DNA of 63,853 nucleotides, the filler included, from Vicugna vicugna (taxonomy: Eukaryota), in assembly GCA_013265495.1 (NCBI GenBank). It is 73 parts of 72 records of this genome, joined end to end, with 100 filler letters (N's around TTAATTAATTAA, not from the genome) between each part and the next. Parts side by side here need not be neighbours in the genome. Positions count along the whole stretch, not along the records: positions 50,170 to 50,702 come from MU061334.1; positions 50,803 to 51,842 come from MU061343.1; positions 51,943 to 53,326 come from MU061344.1; positions 53,427 to 53,937 come from MU061345.1; positions 54,038 to 54,485 come from MU061345.1; positions 54,586 to 55,363 come from PNXW01018635.1; positions 55,464 to 56,218 come from MU061346.1; positions 56,319 to 57,033 come from MU061347.1; 65 more parts are not named here. One strand, 5' to 3'. This document shows, piece by piece, positions 50,170 to 60,869 of this stretch (positions are counted from its first letter, which is position 1; the number at the start of each line of letters is the position of its first letter). The notes under the pieces were generated by a model. The model made no database searches. It was not told where the DNA came from and saw nothing but the letters and a program-made list of their open reading frames with translations. The translations under genes and the position numbers were made by a program.

Positions 50170-50702
50170 ATGTGGAGGTGGAGGAGGATGTGGAGGAAAA
50201 TGTGGAGGAGGAGCAGGAAGTGGAGGAGGAGGTGGTGGAGGAGAAGGAGGAAGTCGAGGAGGAGGAGGATGAGGAGGAGGATGTGGTGGAGGAGGATGTG
50301 GAGGAGGAGGAGGTGGAGGAGGAGGGGGAGGAGGGTGAGGAGGAAGCGGAGGAGGAGGAGGGGGGGGANNNNNNNNNNNNNNNNNNNNNNNNNNNNNNNN
50401 NNNNNNNNNNNNNNNNNNNNNNNNNNNNNNNNNNNNNNNNNNNNNNNNNNNNNNNNNNNGGAGGAGGAGGGAGGAGGAGGAGGAGGAGGTGGAGGAGGAG
50501 GTGGAGGAGGAGGAGGTGGAGGAGGTGGAGGAGGAGGTGGAGAAGGTGGAGGAAGAGGTGGAGGAGGTGGAGGAGGAGGGGAGGGGGGAGGGGGGGGAGG
50601 GGGAGGGGGAGGAGGGGGAGGAGGAGGAGGAGGAGGAGGAGGAGGGGGAGGAGGTGGAGGAGGAGGTGGAGGAGGAGGTGGAGGAGGAGGAGGTTGTGTT
50701 GT
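50170..50702. repeat. Degenerate (GGA)n purine-rich tract
   Basis: GAG/GTG/GAT triplets with very few C residues. Confidence 0.95.
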
Positions 50703-50802
50703 NNNNNNNNNNNNNNNNNNNNNNNNNNNNNNNNNNNNNNNNNNNNTTAATTAATTAANNNNNNNNNNNNNNNNNNNNNNNNNNNNNNNNNNNNNNNNNN
50801 NN

Positions 50803-51842
50803 GTGGAGAGACGTTCGTTATTCCAGCACAAAGGGAATGGGTTGCAGTAGAAACCCTTTCTCTGGTTTCTCAGTCAGCTTCCTAGTGCCGGTTTGAAGTG
50901 CCTGCCGTTTTCACTGTAAAACCGAGTTGGAGCTTGTACTTCCCCATATATATGTATGGAGTGGGGTTTGCAACTGAAAAGAAACTATGTGTTCCCTTCA
51001 AGCTAGGTGAAGGACGGCTTTCACACACTTATCTCTCAGAACTGAGCATGTGGAGAGACGTTCGTTCATCCAGCACAAAGGGAACGGGTTGCAGGAGAAA
51101 CCCTTTCTATGGTTTCTCAGTCTGCTTCCTAGTGCCGATTTGAAGTGCCTGCCGTTTTCACTGTAAAACCGAGTTGGAGCTTGTACCTCCCCATATATAT
51201 GTATGGAGTGGTGTTTGCAACTGAAAAGAAACTTTGTGTTCNNNNNNNNNNNNNNNNNNNNNNNNNNNNNNNNNNNNNNNNNNNNNNNNNNNNNNNNNNN
51301 NNNNNNNNNNNNNNNNNNNNNNNNNNNNNNNNNNNNNNNNNNNNNNNNNNNNNNNNNNNNNNNNNNNNNNNNNNNNNNNNNNNNNNNNNNNNNNNNNNNN
51401 NNNNNNNNNNNNNNNNNNNNNNNNNNNNNNNNNNNNNNNNNNNNNNNNNNNNNNNNNNNNNNNNNNNNNNNNNNNNNNNNNNNNNNNNNNNNNNNNNNNN
51501 NNNNNNNNNNNNNNNNNNNNNNNNNNNNNNNNNNNNNNNNNNNNNNNNNNNNNNNNNNNNNNNNNNNNNNNNNNNNNNNNNNNNNNNNNNNNNNNNNNNN
51601 NNNNNNNNNNNNNNNNNNNNNNNNNNNNNNNNNNNNNNNNNNNNNNNNNNNNNNNNNNNNNNNNNNNNNNNNNNNNNNNNNNNNNNNNNNNNNNNNNNNN
51701 NNNNNNNNNNNNNNNNNNNNNNNNNNNNNNNNNNNNNNNNNNNGGACGGCATTCACACACACATATCTCTCAGAACTGAGCACGTGGAGAGACGAAAGTT
51801 CATCCAGCACAAAGGGAACGGGTTGCAGCAGAAACACTGACC
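50803..51842. repeat. Satellite B
   Basis: GTGGAGAGACGTTCG at 50803 and 51050 (period 247). Confidence 0.97.
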
Positions 51843-51942
51843 NNNNNNNNNNNNNNNNNNNNNNNNNNNNNNNNNNNNNNNNNNNNTTAATTAATTAANN
51901 NNNNNNNNNNNNNNNNNNNNNNNNNNNNNNNNNNNNNNNNNN

Positions 51943-53326
51943 GTTGCCTCTCGAGCTCCCCCACGCACTGAAAACGGCTGCCGAATCATGAGCGTGGGGA
52001 GGTTTCACCAACGGTCGTAAGAGCGTGGGTTCTAACGGAATGCCTAAGCTCGTCTCCCCTGAGGGTTTTCCTAATGTCCCTTTGCCAGGGAATGCAAGGG
52101 GTTTTTGCAGGTAATCCCAGTGACAGTGGCTGCCCCCTAAACTCAGGGAAGGTATTTCTCGGACGTCCCCGAACAGGGAACACCTGTCACTGAAGAGAGC
52201 TGCGTGGAGTTGCCTATCGAGCTCCCCCACGCACTGACAACGGCTGCGGAATCAGGAGATTGCTGAGGTTCCACCAACAGCCGGCAGCGCGTGGGTTCTT
52301 ACGGAAGGCCTAAGCTCGTCTCCCCTGAGGGTTTTCCTAATGTCCCTGTGTCAGGGAATGCGAGGGGTTTTGCAGGAAATCCCAGTGACATAGGCTGACT
52401 CCCTACGATCAGGGAAGTTATTTCTCGCATTCCCCATACAGGGAACACTTGTGACNNNNNNNNNNNNNNNNNNNNNNNNNNNNNNNNNNNNNNNNNNNNN
52501 NNNNNNNNNNNNNNNNNNNNNNNNNNNNNNNNNNNNNNNNNNNNNNNNNNNNNNNNNNNNNNNNNNNNNNNNNNNNNNNNNNNNNNNNNNNNNNNNNNNN
52601 NNNNNNNNNNNNNNNNNNNNNNNNNNNNNNNNNNNNNNNNNNNNNNNNNNNNNNNNNNNNNNNNNNNNNNNNNNNNNNNNNNNNNNNNNNNNNNNNNNNN
52701 NNNNNNNNNNNNNNNNNNNNNNNNNNNNNNNNNNNNNNNNNNNNNNNNNNNNNNNNNNNNNNNNNNNNNNNNNNNNNNNNNNNNNNNNNNNNNNNNNNNN
52801 NNNNNNNNNNNNNNNNNNNNNNNNNNNNNNNNNNNNNNNNNNNNNNNNNNNNNNNNNNNNNNNNNNNNNNNNNNNNNNNNNNNNNNNNNNNNNNNNNNNN
52901 NNNNNNNNNNNNNNNCTGCCTCCCCAAGATCAGGGAAGTTATTTCTCGGACTTCCCCGTACAGAGAACACTTATGACAGAAGTGAGCTCCGTGGAGTTGC
53001 CTCTCGAGATCCCCCACGCACTGACAACGGCTGCGGAATACTGAGCGTGGGGAGGTTCCACCAACGGTCGGCAGCACTTCGGTTCTAACGGAATGCCTAA
53101 GCTCGTCTCCCCTGAGGGTTTTTCTAATGTCCCTGTGCCAGGGAATGCTAGGGGGGTTTGCAGGAAATCCCAGTGACAGAGGCTGCCTCCCCAAGATCAG
53201 GGAAGTTATTTCTCGGACTTCCCCGAACAGGGAACTCCTGTGACTGAAGCGAGCTCCGTGTATTTGCCTTTCGAGCTCCCCCACGCACTGACAACGGCTG
53301 CGGAATACTGAGCGTGGGGAGGTTCC
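51943..53326. repeat. Satellite A, variant subfamily
   Basis: A monomer with diagnostic AACGGCTGCGGAAT, TTGCCT and ATGTCCCT changes. Confidence 0.95.
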
Positions 53327-53438
53327 NNNNNNNNNNNNNNNNNNNNNNNNNNNNNNNNNNNNNNNNNNNNTTAATTAATTAANNNNNNNNNNNNNNNNNN
53401 NNNNNNNNNNNNNNNNNNNNNNNNNNTTCTAGCTGCAG

Positions 53439-53604
53439 AGCTCCCAAGGACCAGACTCACTATGGGAACAAACTAGCCATGAAGGTGTTCTTCCAGTCTG
53501 TCAACTACTATGCCCCGTGTTCCTACATCACATTATTTAAGGGCAGATTTGTGACTTATCCGGGAGATCTGGTGTATTGGCTGTGAAAATACAGAAATGA
53601 AGAG
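53439..53604 (+). pseudogene. ANO6: Disabled ANO6 (TMEM16F)-like internal exon, transmembrane region
   Basis: With one frameshift reads ELPR[fs]QTHYGNKLAMKVF-FQSVNYYAPCSYITLFKGRFVTYPGDLVYWL*KYRNEE versus recalled ANO6 [57 protein letters not shown]; CAG acceptor 53436-53438, GT donor 53605, TGA at 53584-53586. Confidence 0.9.
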
Positions 53605-53705
53605 GTGTGAATACAGCTTTGTGTTCTGACATTCTAACCTGTTTCATGTTTTCTCTTAGTTCCCCAATGAAGAGTGTCTTTACTCTCTGTTCCTAGTTAA
53701 TTCCG

Positions 53706-53931
53706 ACTCAGTCATGTGATCTTGGGGTGAGAATGGCCCAACCATCCACGTCATTTTCCTGCGTGCCCATCTCTAAAACTGGGGAGACTCTCTGCTTAGT
53801 AATGCTCTCCACATAACATACATGTTACTTCCGTGAGTACTCAGTCATGTGATCTTGGGGTGAGAACGGCCCACCCATCCACGTCATTTTCCTGCGTGCC
53901 CATCTCTAAAACTGGGGAGACTCTCTGCTTA
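53706..53931. repeat. 93-bp direct duplication (MIR-like sequence), period 133
   Basis: 53706-53798 is nearly identical to 53839-53931. Confidence 0.9.
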
Positions 53932-54037
53932 TCTTATNNNNNNNNNNNNNNNNNNNNNNNNNNNNNNNNNNNNNNNNNNNNTTAATTAATTAANNNNNNN
54001 NNNNNNNNNNNNNNNNNNNNNNNNNNNNNNNNNNNNN

Positions 54038-54485
54038 CCACAAAGACAAACAAGCAGCTGGGTCTTGGCTCGGAGCAGGGACGAGGCTGCCCCTCGGTCT
54101 TCCCCGAGCCCACCAGCGGAGCGCGACCAGGGCGGAGCGCCGGCCAGGGCGGAGCGCCGGCGCAGAGCGCAGAGCCGCACAGAGCAGCGGAGCTACCGGC
54201 GGCGCAGGCAGGGGGAGAGCGGCCCCCCGCCTGTCGGGCAGGAACACAACCCCTGACCGAGGTGCTGGGAGGGGACACGACCCGCCCTCCTACCTGGAAA
54301 GTCGGCAACATCTGACTGCGGCATCCGGAGGGGCAGTGACCCGCCCGCCCGCAGCAGAGGAGAGCTGCATCTGACCCCGTGTTAGGAGGAGGCGCGATCT
54401 GCTTGCCGAGAGGTGCTGGGAGCAGCACAGAAAAGGGCGTCAATGGAGGGCCTCTGAAAACAAGCTGAGCTTCCAAAACAGGACG
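54038..54485 (+). mobile_element. Probable LINE-1 5' UTR (copy 3, longest CpG-rich part)
   Basis: Shared with 20171 and 36969 copies; local CCAGGGCGGAGCGC duplication. Confidence 0.72.
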
Positions 54486-54585
54486 NNNNNNNNNNNNNNN
54501 NNNNNNNNNNNNNNNNNNNNNNNNNNNNNTTAATTAATTAANNNNNNNNNNNNNNNNNNNNNNNNNNNNNNNNNNNNNNNNNNNN

Positions 54586-55363
54586 CTCTAAGTACTTCCT
54601 CAATCGATCAGTGGGCACTCACTGCTACTTAGACTTCAAGCCAAACCCCTAGCTTTCCCTCACATCCCGGACCAGGGAAACACTCGTATTACAAGCTAAG
54701 GGATTCTATTAGATCCCAGGCGCTGCTGTCATTTTGAGGAGCCCCCCCACACTAAAGATATCTGAAAGTCTTCGTGTGTGTTCTGGAGGTGGGATCTGGA
54801 GGTGGGAAAGATATTACACGCATCTTTATGGGGGCACAGGTGTTCCAAAGTTAGGGATTTGGTTTAAACACCTCCAATGCCCATAGAGGGGCACTCGCTA
54901 ATCCTTGTCTTTAGAGCCCAAACCCCACATTCGCTCACAGCCCGGCCTAGGTAAACACTCAAGGAAGTGAACTAACGGATTCTATTAGACCTCAGGTGCT
55001 GCTGTCATTTGGAGGAAACTCCCCACATTCAGGATAGAAGAACACTTCCTCGTTTGTGTGCTGGAAGTGGGGAAACAGAATCCAGGCATCTTTCATGCGG
55101 CACATGTATTCCCGCGTTGCTGGTTGTAGGTACAATTTCTCAACTTCCCATGTAGATGCATTGGCTAATACTTGGTATTAGAGCCGAAACCCCACATTCC
55201 CCTTCACTCCAGCCTAGGAAAACCATCAGGGAATGCAAGTTAAGGGATTCAAGAACACAAGCGCTGCTGACAGTTGGAGGAGCTTCCCAAAACTCAGGAT
55301 TCCGGAACCCAAAATATGGTGGCGGGGAGGTGTGGAGCCAAAATCCAAGTAGATGAATGGGGT
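54586..55363. repeat. Satellite D (reverse orientation)
   Basis: Three diverged monomers; start matches the reverse complement of about 10277-10333. Confidence 0.9.
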
Positions 55364-55545
55364 NNNNNNNNNNNNNNNNNNNNNNNNNNNNNNNNNNNNN
55401 NNNNNNNTTAATTAATTAANNNNNNNNNNNNNNNNNNNNNNNNNNNNNNNNNNNNNNNNNNNNTACCCCCCTCATTCCTACTACTTCTAGCATCATCCAT
55501 AGTTGAAGTCGGGGCAGGCATTGGTTTAACTGTTTACCCTCCCCT

Positions 55546-56218
55546 AGGAGGGTAGGAGGAGGTGGAGGAGGAGGAGGATGTGGAGGAGGATGTGGAGGAG
55601 AAGGATGTGGAGTAGGAGGATGAGGAGGTGGAGGAGGAGGTGGAGGAGTAGGAGGAGGTGGAGGTGGAGAAGCAGGTGGTGGATGAGGAGGAGGTGGTGG
55701 AGGAGGAGGAGGNNNNNNNNNNNNNNNNNNNNNNNNNNNNNNNNNNNNNNNNNNNNNNNNNNNNNNNNNNNNNNNNNNNNNNNNNNNNNNNNNNNNNNNN
55801 NNNNNNNNNNNNNNNNNNNNNNNNNNNNNNNNGGAGGAGGAGGAGGATGTGGAGGAGCAGGAGGATGTGGAGGAGGAGGACATGGAGGAGGAGGCATAGG
55901 TGGCAAGGTAGGAGGAAATGTAGAGGAGGAGGTGGAGGAGGAAGAGGAGGTGGAGGAGGAATAGAAGGTGTAGGAGGAGGAGCTGGAGGAGGAGGAGGAG
56001 GAGGATGTGGAGGAGGAGGATGTGGAGGAGGATGTGGTGGAGGAGGAGGTGGAAGAGGAGGAGGTGGAGGCGGAAGAGAAGGTGGAGGAGGAGGAGCTGG
56101 AGGAGGAGGAGTAGGAGTAGGTGGAGGATGAGGAGAAGGAAGTGGAGGAGGAGGATGAGGTGGAGGAGGAGGTGGAGGAGTTGGAGGAGGAGGAGGAGGA
56201 TGTGGAGGAGGAGGATGT
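55546..56218. repeat. Degenerate (GGA)n tract with unique left flank
   Basis: Same GAGGATGTGGAG motif as 50170-50702. Confidence 0.95.
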
Positions 56219-56318
56219 NNNNNNNNNNNNNNNNNNNNNNNNNNNNNNNNNNNNNNNNNNNNTTAATTAATTAANNNNNNNNNNNNNNNNNNNNNNNNNN
56301 NNNNNNNNNNNNNNNNNN

Positions 56319-57033
56319 ATGAAGAACACAATATATAAAATATAGAATAGAGTATATAGAACCGAGAATTTAGAAAATTGAAATGCAGAACACTGAATTT
56401 AGAATATAGTATACAGAATACTTAATAAACAATTAAAAAATTGAATGTAGAACACAGAAAATAGAATATAGTATACGGAATGTATTATATAATATGTAGA
56501 ATCAAGAATGAAAAACACACAATTTAGAATACAGAATAGAGAATGTAGAACCCAGAATTTAGAACATGGAATGCAGCACACAGAATTTAGAATATAGAAT
56601 ACAGAATNNNNNNNNNNNNNNNNNNNNNNNNNNNNNNNNNNNNNNNNNNNNNNNNNNNNNNNNNNNNNNNNNNNNNNNNNNNNNNNNNNNNNNNNNNNNN
56701 NNNNNNNNNNNNNNNNNNNNNNNNNNNNNNNNNNNNNNNNNNNNNNNNNNNNNNNNNNNNNNNNNNNNNNNNNNNNNNNNNNNNNNNNNNNNNNNNNNNN
56801 NNNNNNNNNAAATCTAAATATAGTATTTATAATATAGAATGTAGAACACAGAATATAGAATATAGATTATAGGACCCAGAATTTAGAACATGGAATGCAT
56901 AACACAGAATATAATATAGCATACGAAATAGTGAATATAGAATTTAGAATATAGAAAGAAGAACACAGAATATAGAATATAGTATACGGAATGCAAAAAA
57001 AATATGTAGAATCTAGAATGAAAAACACACAAT
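56319..57033. repeat. Satellite E (reverse orientation, (AGAATAT)n)
   Basis: 7-bp periodicity. Confidence 0.95.
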
Positions 57034-57186
57034 NNNNNNNNNNNNNNNNNNNNNNNNNNNNNNNNNNNNNNNNNNNNTTAATTAATTAANNNNNNNNNNN
57101 NNNNNNNNNNNNNNNNNNNNNNNNNNNNNNNNNAGAAATTCAGCTGTAAGATACTTGGCAGCTAAAGTAAAAAAAAAAGATGATAG

Positions 57187-57312
57187 GGCGTGTCGTAGAG
57201 CATGAGCTTAGCGTGCAAGGGGTGCTGGATTTAAGCCCCAGGTCCTCCACTAACAGATAAATACATCTAATTAACTCCCCGCCAAAACAGCCCCAAAGAA
57301 AAGAAAAAGAGA
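57187..57312 (+). mobile_element. Degenerate Vic-1-like SINE
   Basis: GTAGAGCATGAGCTTAGCGTGCAAGGGGTGCTGGATTTAAGCCCCAG..CCTCC, AT-rich linker, C-run and A-rich tail; parallels 36471-36580. Confidence 0.7.
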
Positions 57313-57399
57313 AATTTCTTTCCCAAAAAACCCTGATATTAAATTTGGATTAAATACATAAAAAAAGTAAAAAAGAAAAATAGAAAAGATAAGTGACAC

Positions 57400-57818
57400 T
57401 GTGAAGAAAAAGCCCAGCTGGGCTAACAAGCTAAGTCACAAATCTAAGTGTGATAAGTGTCGGTTTACTGATCTAAGTTTTGCTAGTTTTGCTGGGCTAC
57501 CTGGTAAACCTGAAGTTTAGTGTCAGTTTACTGGGTTAACAAGCTAAATCGTAAATCTAAGGTCAACAATTGTCAATAACGTGATCTTTTCCAAATTGAT
57601 AAGATTCAGTGCACTGATTCCTTGCTTTTTGTTGTTTGAGCCTTATTGGCTAATAGCCCCATACTTGTAATTAACCCTATAAAACCTCATGTGCAGGTCT
57701 TGGAGGTGCTCAGAGCTTCGGAACAGAAGCCCCTCTGAGCCCGCCAGCGTAATACATCTCAGTACTCCAACCCTCTGAGTGATTCTTGTCTCTTGGCTGG
57801 CCTGTTGTTTCTGTAACA
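57400..57818 (+). mobile_element. Complete solo LTR, ERV1-like (419 bp)
   Basis: TG...CA termini; 4-bp TSD ACAC at 57396-57399 and 57819-57822; ATTGG at 57645, TATAAAA at 57678, AATACA at 57751; internal repeats in U3. Confidence 0.85.
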
Positions 57819-58029
57819 ACACAAGCGATAATGCCCATGAAATATATCTGCGGTGGCTGCTGTCAGGTCTCCATGTCTCACGTTGGAAAATCTGAAACAT
57901 CCTTCTCACCACTCAGAGTCATCATAAGCNNNNNNNNNNNNNNNNNNNNNNNNNNNNNNNNNNNNNNNNNNNNTTAATTAATTAANNNNNNNNNNNNNNN
58001 NNNNNNNNNNNNNNNNNNNNNNNNNNNNN

Positions 58030-58854
58030 CCCCTAGCATTCCCTGGCACAGAGAAACTACGAAAACCCTCAGGGGGGATGAGTTTACGCATTCCGTTAGA
58101 ACCTACGCGCTGCCGATCGTTGGTGGAACCTCCCCACCCTCTGGATTCTGGAACCATTGTCAGTACGTGTGGGAGCTCGAGAGACAACTCCACACACCTC
58201 TCTTCAGTCACAGGTGTTCCGTGTTCGGGGAAGTCCGAGAAATAACTTCCCTGACCTTGGGGAGGCAGCCTCTGTCACTGGGATATCCTGCAAACGCCCC
58301 TAGCATTCCCTGGCACAGAGATATTAGGAAAAACCTCAGGGGAGACGAGCTTAGGCATTCCGTTTGAACCCACGCGCTGCCGACCACTGTTGGAACCACC
58401 CCACGCTCAGGATTCCGGTACGATTGTCAGAGCGTGGGGGAGCTCGAGAGACAACTCCACACACCTCTCTTCAGTCACAGGTGTTCCGTGTTCGGGGAAG
58501 TCCGAGAAATAACTTCCCTGACCTTGGGGAGGCAGCCTCTGACACTGGGATATCCTGCAAACCCCCCAAGCATTCCCTAGCAGAGAGACATTAGGAAAAC
58601 CCTCAGGGGAGACGAGCTTAGGCATTCCGTTAGAACCAACGCACTGCCGACCGTTGGTGGAACCTCCCCACACAGGATTCTGGAACCATTGTCAGTGCGT
58701 GGAGGAGCTCGAGAGACAACTCCACGCAGCTCTCTTCAGTCACAGGTGTTCCCTGTTCGGGGAAGTCCGAGAAATAATTTCCCTGACCTTGTGGATGCAG
58801 AGTCTGACACATGGATATCCTGGAATCACCCCTAGCATTCCCTGGCAGAGAGAC
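58030..58854. repeat. Satellite A (reverse orientation)
   Basis: About three tandem monomers. Confidence 0.96.
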
Positions 58855-58954
58855 NNNNNNNNNNNNNNNNNNNNNNNNNNNNNNNNNNNNNNNNNNNNTT
58901 AATTAATTAANNNNNNNNNNNNNNNNNNNNNNNNNNNNNNNNNNNNNNNNNNNN

Positions 58955-59464
58955 GACGAGCTTAGGCATTCCGTTAAAACCCACGCGCTGACGACCGTTC
59001 GTGGAACCTCCGCACGCTGAGGATTCCGGAAAAATTGTCAGTGCGTGGGGGAGCTCGAGAGACAACTCCACGCAGCTCTCTTCAGTCACAGGTGTTCCCT
59101 GTTCGGGGAAGTCCGAGAAATACCTTCCCTGACCTTGGGGAGGCAGCCTCTGTCNNNNNNNNNNNNNNNNNNNNNNNNNNNNNNNNNNNNNNNNNNNNNN
59201 NNNNNNNNNNNNNNNNNNNNNNNNNNNNNNNNNNNNNNNNNNNNNNNNNNNNNNNNNNNNNNNNNNNNNNNNACGCTCAGCATTCCGGAACAATTGTCAG
59301 TGCGTGGGGGAGCTCGAGAGACAACTCCACGCAGCTCTCTTCAGTCACAGGTGTTCCCTGTTCGGGGAAGTCCGAGAAACAAATTCCCTGACCTTGCGAA
59401 GGCAGCATCTGTCACTGGAATATCCTGCAATAACCCCTGGCATTCCCTGGCACAGAGACATTAG
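58955..59464. repeat. Satellite A (reverse orientation)
   Basis: Matches the A monomer. Confidence 0.95.
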
Positions 59465-59943
59465 NNNNNNNNNNNNNNNNNNNNNNNNNNNNNNNNNNNN
59501 NNNNNNNNTTAATTAATTAANNNNNNNNNNNNNNNNNNNNNNNNNNNNNNNNNNNNNNNNNNNNACATGAGGTGCTTTATTTCAATTCTGCAATTTGACT
59601 TACACCATGGGAAGGGAAAGCTACCTTGCAGATCCTGGAGCTCACAAACCTGTTAACCCTGAATTTTTTTTAACACTGTGCCTTACTTGATACTTGATCT
59701 GAGAAAGGATGAAGTAAACCTAAAAATGTTCTAAGAGAGCGTGTGGTTTATACAAGGTAACTAACCCGCCACTGTTTACTATCCTAACAGGGATCTGTAG
59801 GCATATTTCTTTTCTTTCTCTTTTTTCCTTTTTATGGGCAGCTTTTAAAAACCAAATCAAACCAACCAAACCAAATCACTGATAATTCAACAGCAGGTTC
59901 TAAATCACCCCCAAGACAGCAGCTAAACTCGGTTTAGACTTAC

Positions 59944-60167
59944 AATGCGGTTTCTGGTGGTTGGATTGAACAATGTATCTCTATCCTGAATATAAAAGTC
60001 ACTCACGGAGCTCTTCTCAAATAGGTCAATGAAAAGCTCTTGTTCCGGTTGTTGATACTTTCATCCACTTGGAGGACTTTCATAAAACATCTGAAGTTAT
60101 CAGAGGCTGAGGACCGGGTTTTCAGATCATTGGGCTTCAGAGGCAATATTATGTGCAGTATCTCAGC
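59944..60167 (-). pseudogene. ANO6: Disabled ANO6 (TMEM16F)-like exon, N-terminal cytoplasmic domain (5' part lost in gap)
   Basis: Reads AEILHIILPLKPNDLKTRSSASDNFRCFMKVLQVDESIN[fs]PEQELFIDLFEKSSVSDFYIQDRDTLFNPTTRNRI versus recalled ANO6 AEIMHIKLPLKPNDLKNRSSAFGTLNWFTKVLSVDESIIKPEQEFFTAPFEKNRMNDFYIVDRDAFFNPATRSRI; GTAAGT donor at 59943-59938; 1-nt deletion near 60049. Confidence 0.92.
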
Positions 60168-60869
60168 NNNNNNNNNNNNNNNNNNNNNNNNNNNNNNNNN
60201 NNNNNNNNNNNNNNNNNNNNNNNNNNNNNNNNNNNNNNNNNNNNNNNNNNNNNNNNNNNNNNNNNNNNNNNNNNNNNNNNNNNNNNNNNNNNNNNNNNNN
60301 NNNNNNNNNNNNNNNNNNNNNNNNNNNNNNNNNNNNNNNNNNNNNNNNNNNNNNNNNNNNNNNNNNNNNNNNNNNNNNNNNNNNNNNNNNNNNNNNNNNN
60401 NNNNNNNNNNNNNNNNNNNNNNNNNNNNNNNNNNNNNNNNNNNNNNNNNNNNNNNNNNNNNNNNNNNNNNNNNNNNNNNNNNNNNNNNNNNNNNNNNNNN
60501 NNNNNNNNNNNNNNNNNNNNNNNNNNNNNNNNNNNNNNNNNNNNNNNNNNNNNNNNNNNNNNNNNNNNNNNNNNNNNNNNNNNNNNNNNNNNNNNNNNNN
60601 NNNNNNNNNNNNNNNNNNNNNNNNNNNNNNNNNNATCTGTACAATGTTAAATTAACATTAAAAGGGATTTAAAAGATTTATATTTATTCATATGGAATGT
60701 ATAATAAAAGGAGAAAGCAAAGACATGTGAAATAATAATTTTCCTTTTTGGAAGGGAAAAATATCTTCANNNNNNNNNNNNNNNNNNNNNNNNNNNNNNN
60801 NNNNNNNNNNNNNTTAATTAATTAANNNNNNNNNNNNNNNNNNNNNNNNNNNNNNNNNNNNNNNNNNNN

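Noticed and set aside
50172..50702. Glu-rich ORF resembling RPGR ORF15 or other acidic proteins
   Set aside because: Pure low complexity with no unique flanking peptide; the related tract at 55546-56218 has stops in the Glu frame
60001..60006. GTGAGT (minus strand) as the donor ending the ANO6-like exon
   Set aside because: ANO6 similarity continues through it to the GTAAGT at 59943
53439..60167. The two ANO6-like exons as one locus in inverted arrangement
   Set aside because: They lie on different scaffolds separated by eight linkers, so relative position and strand are arbitrary
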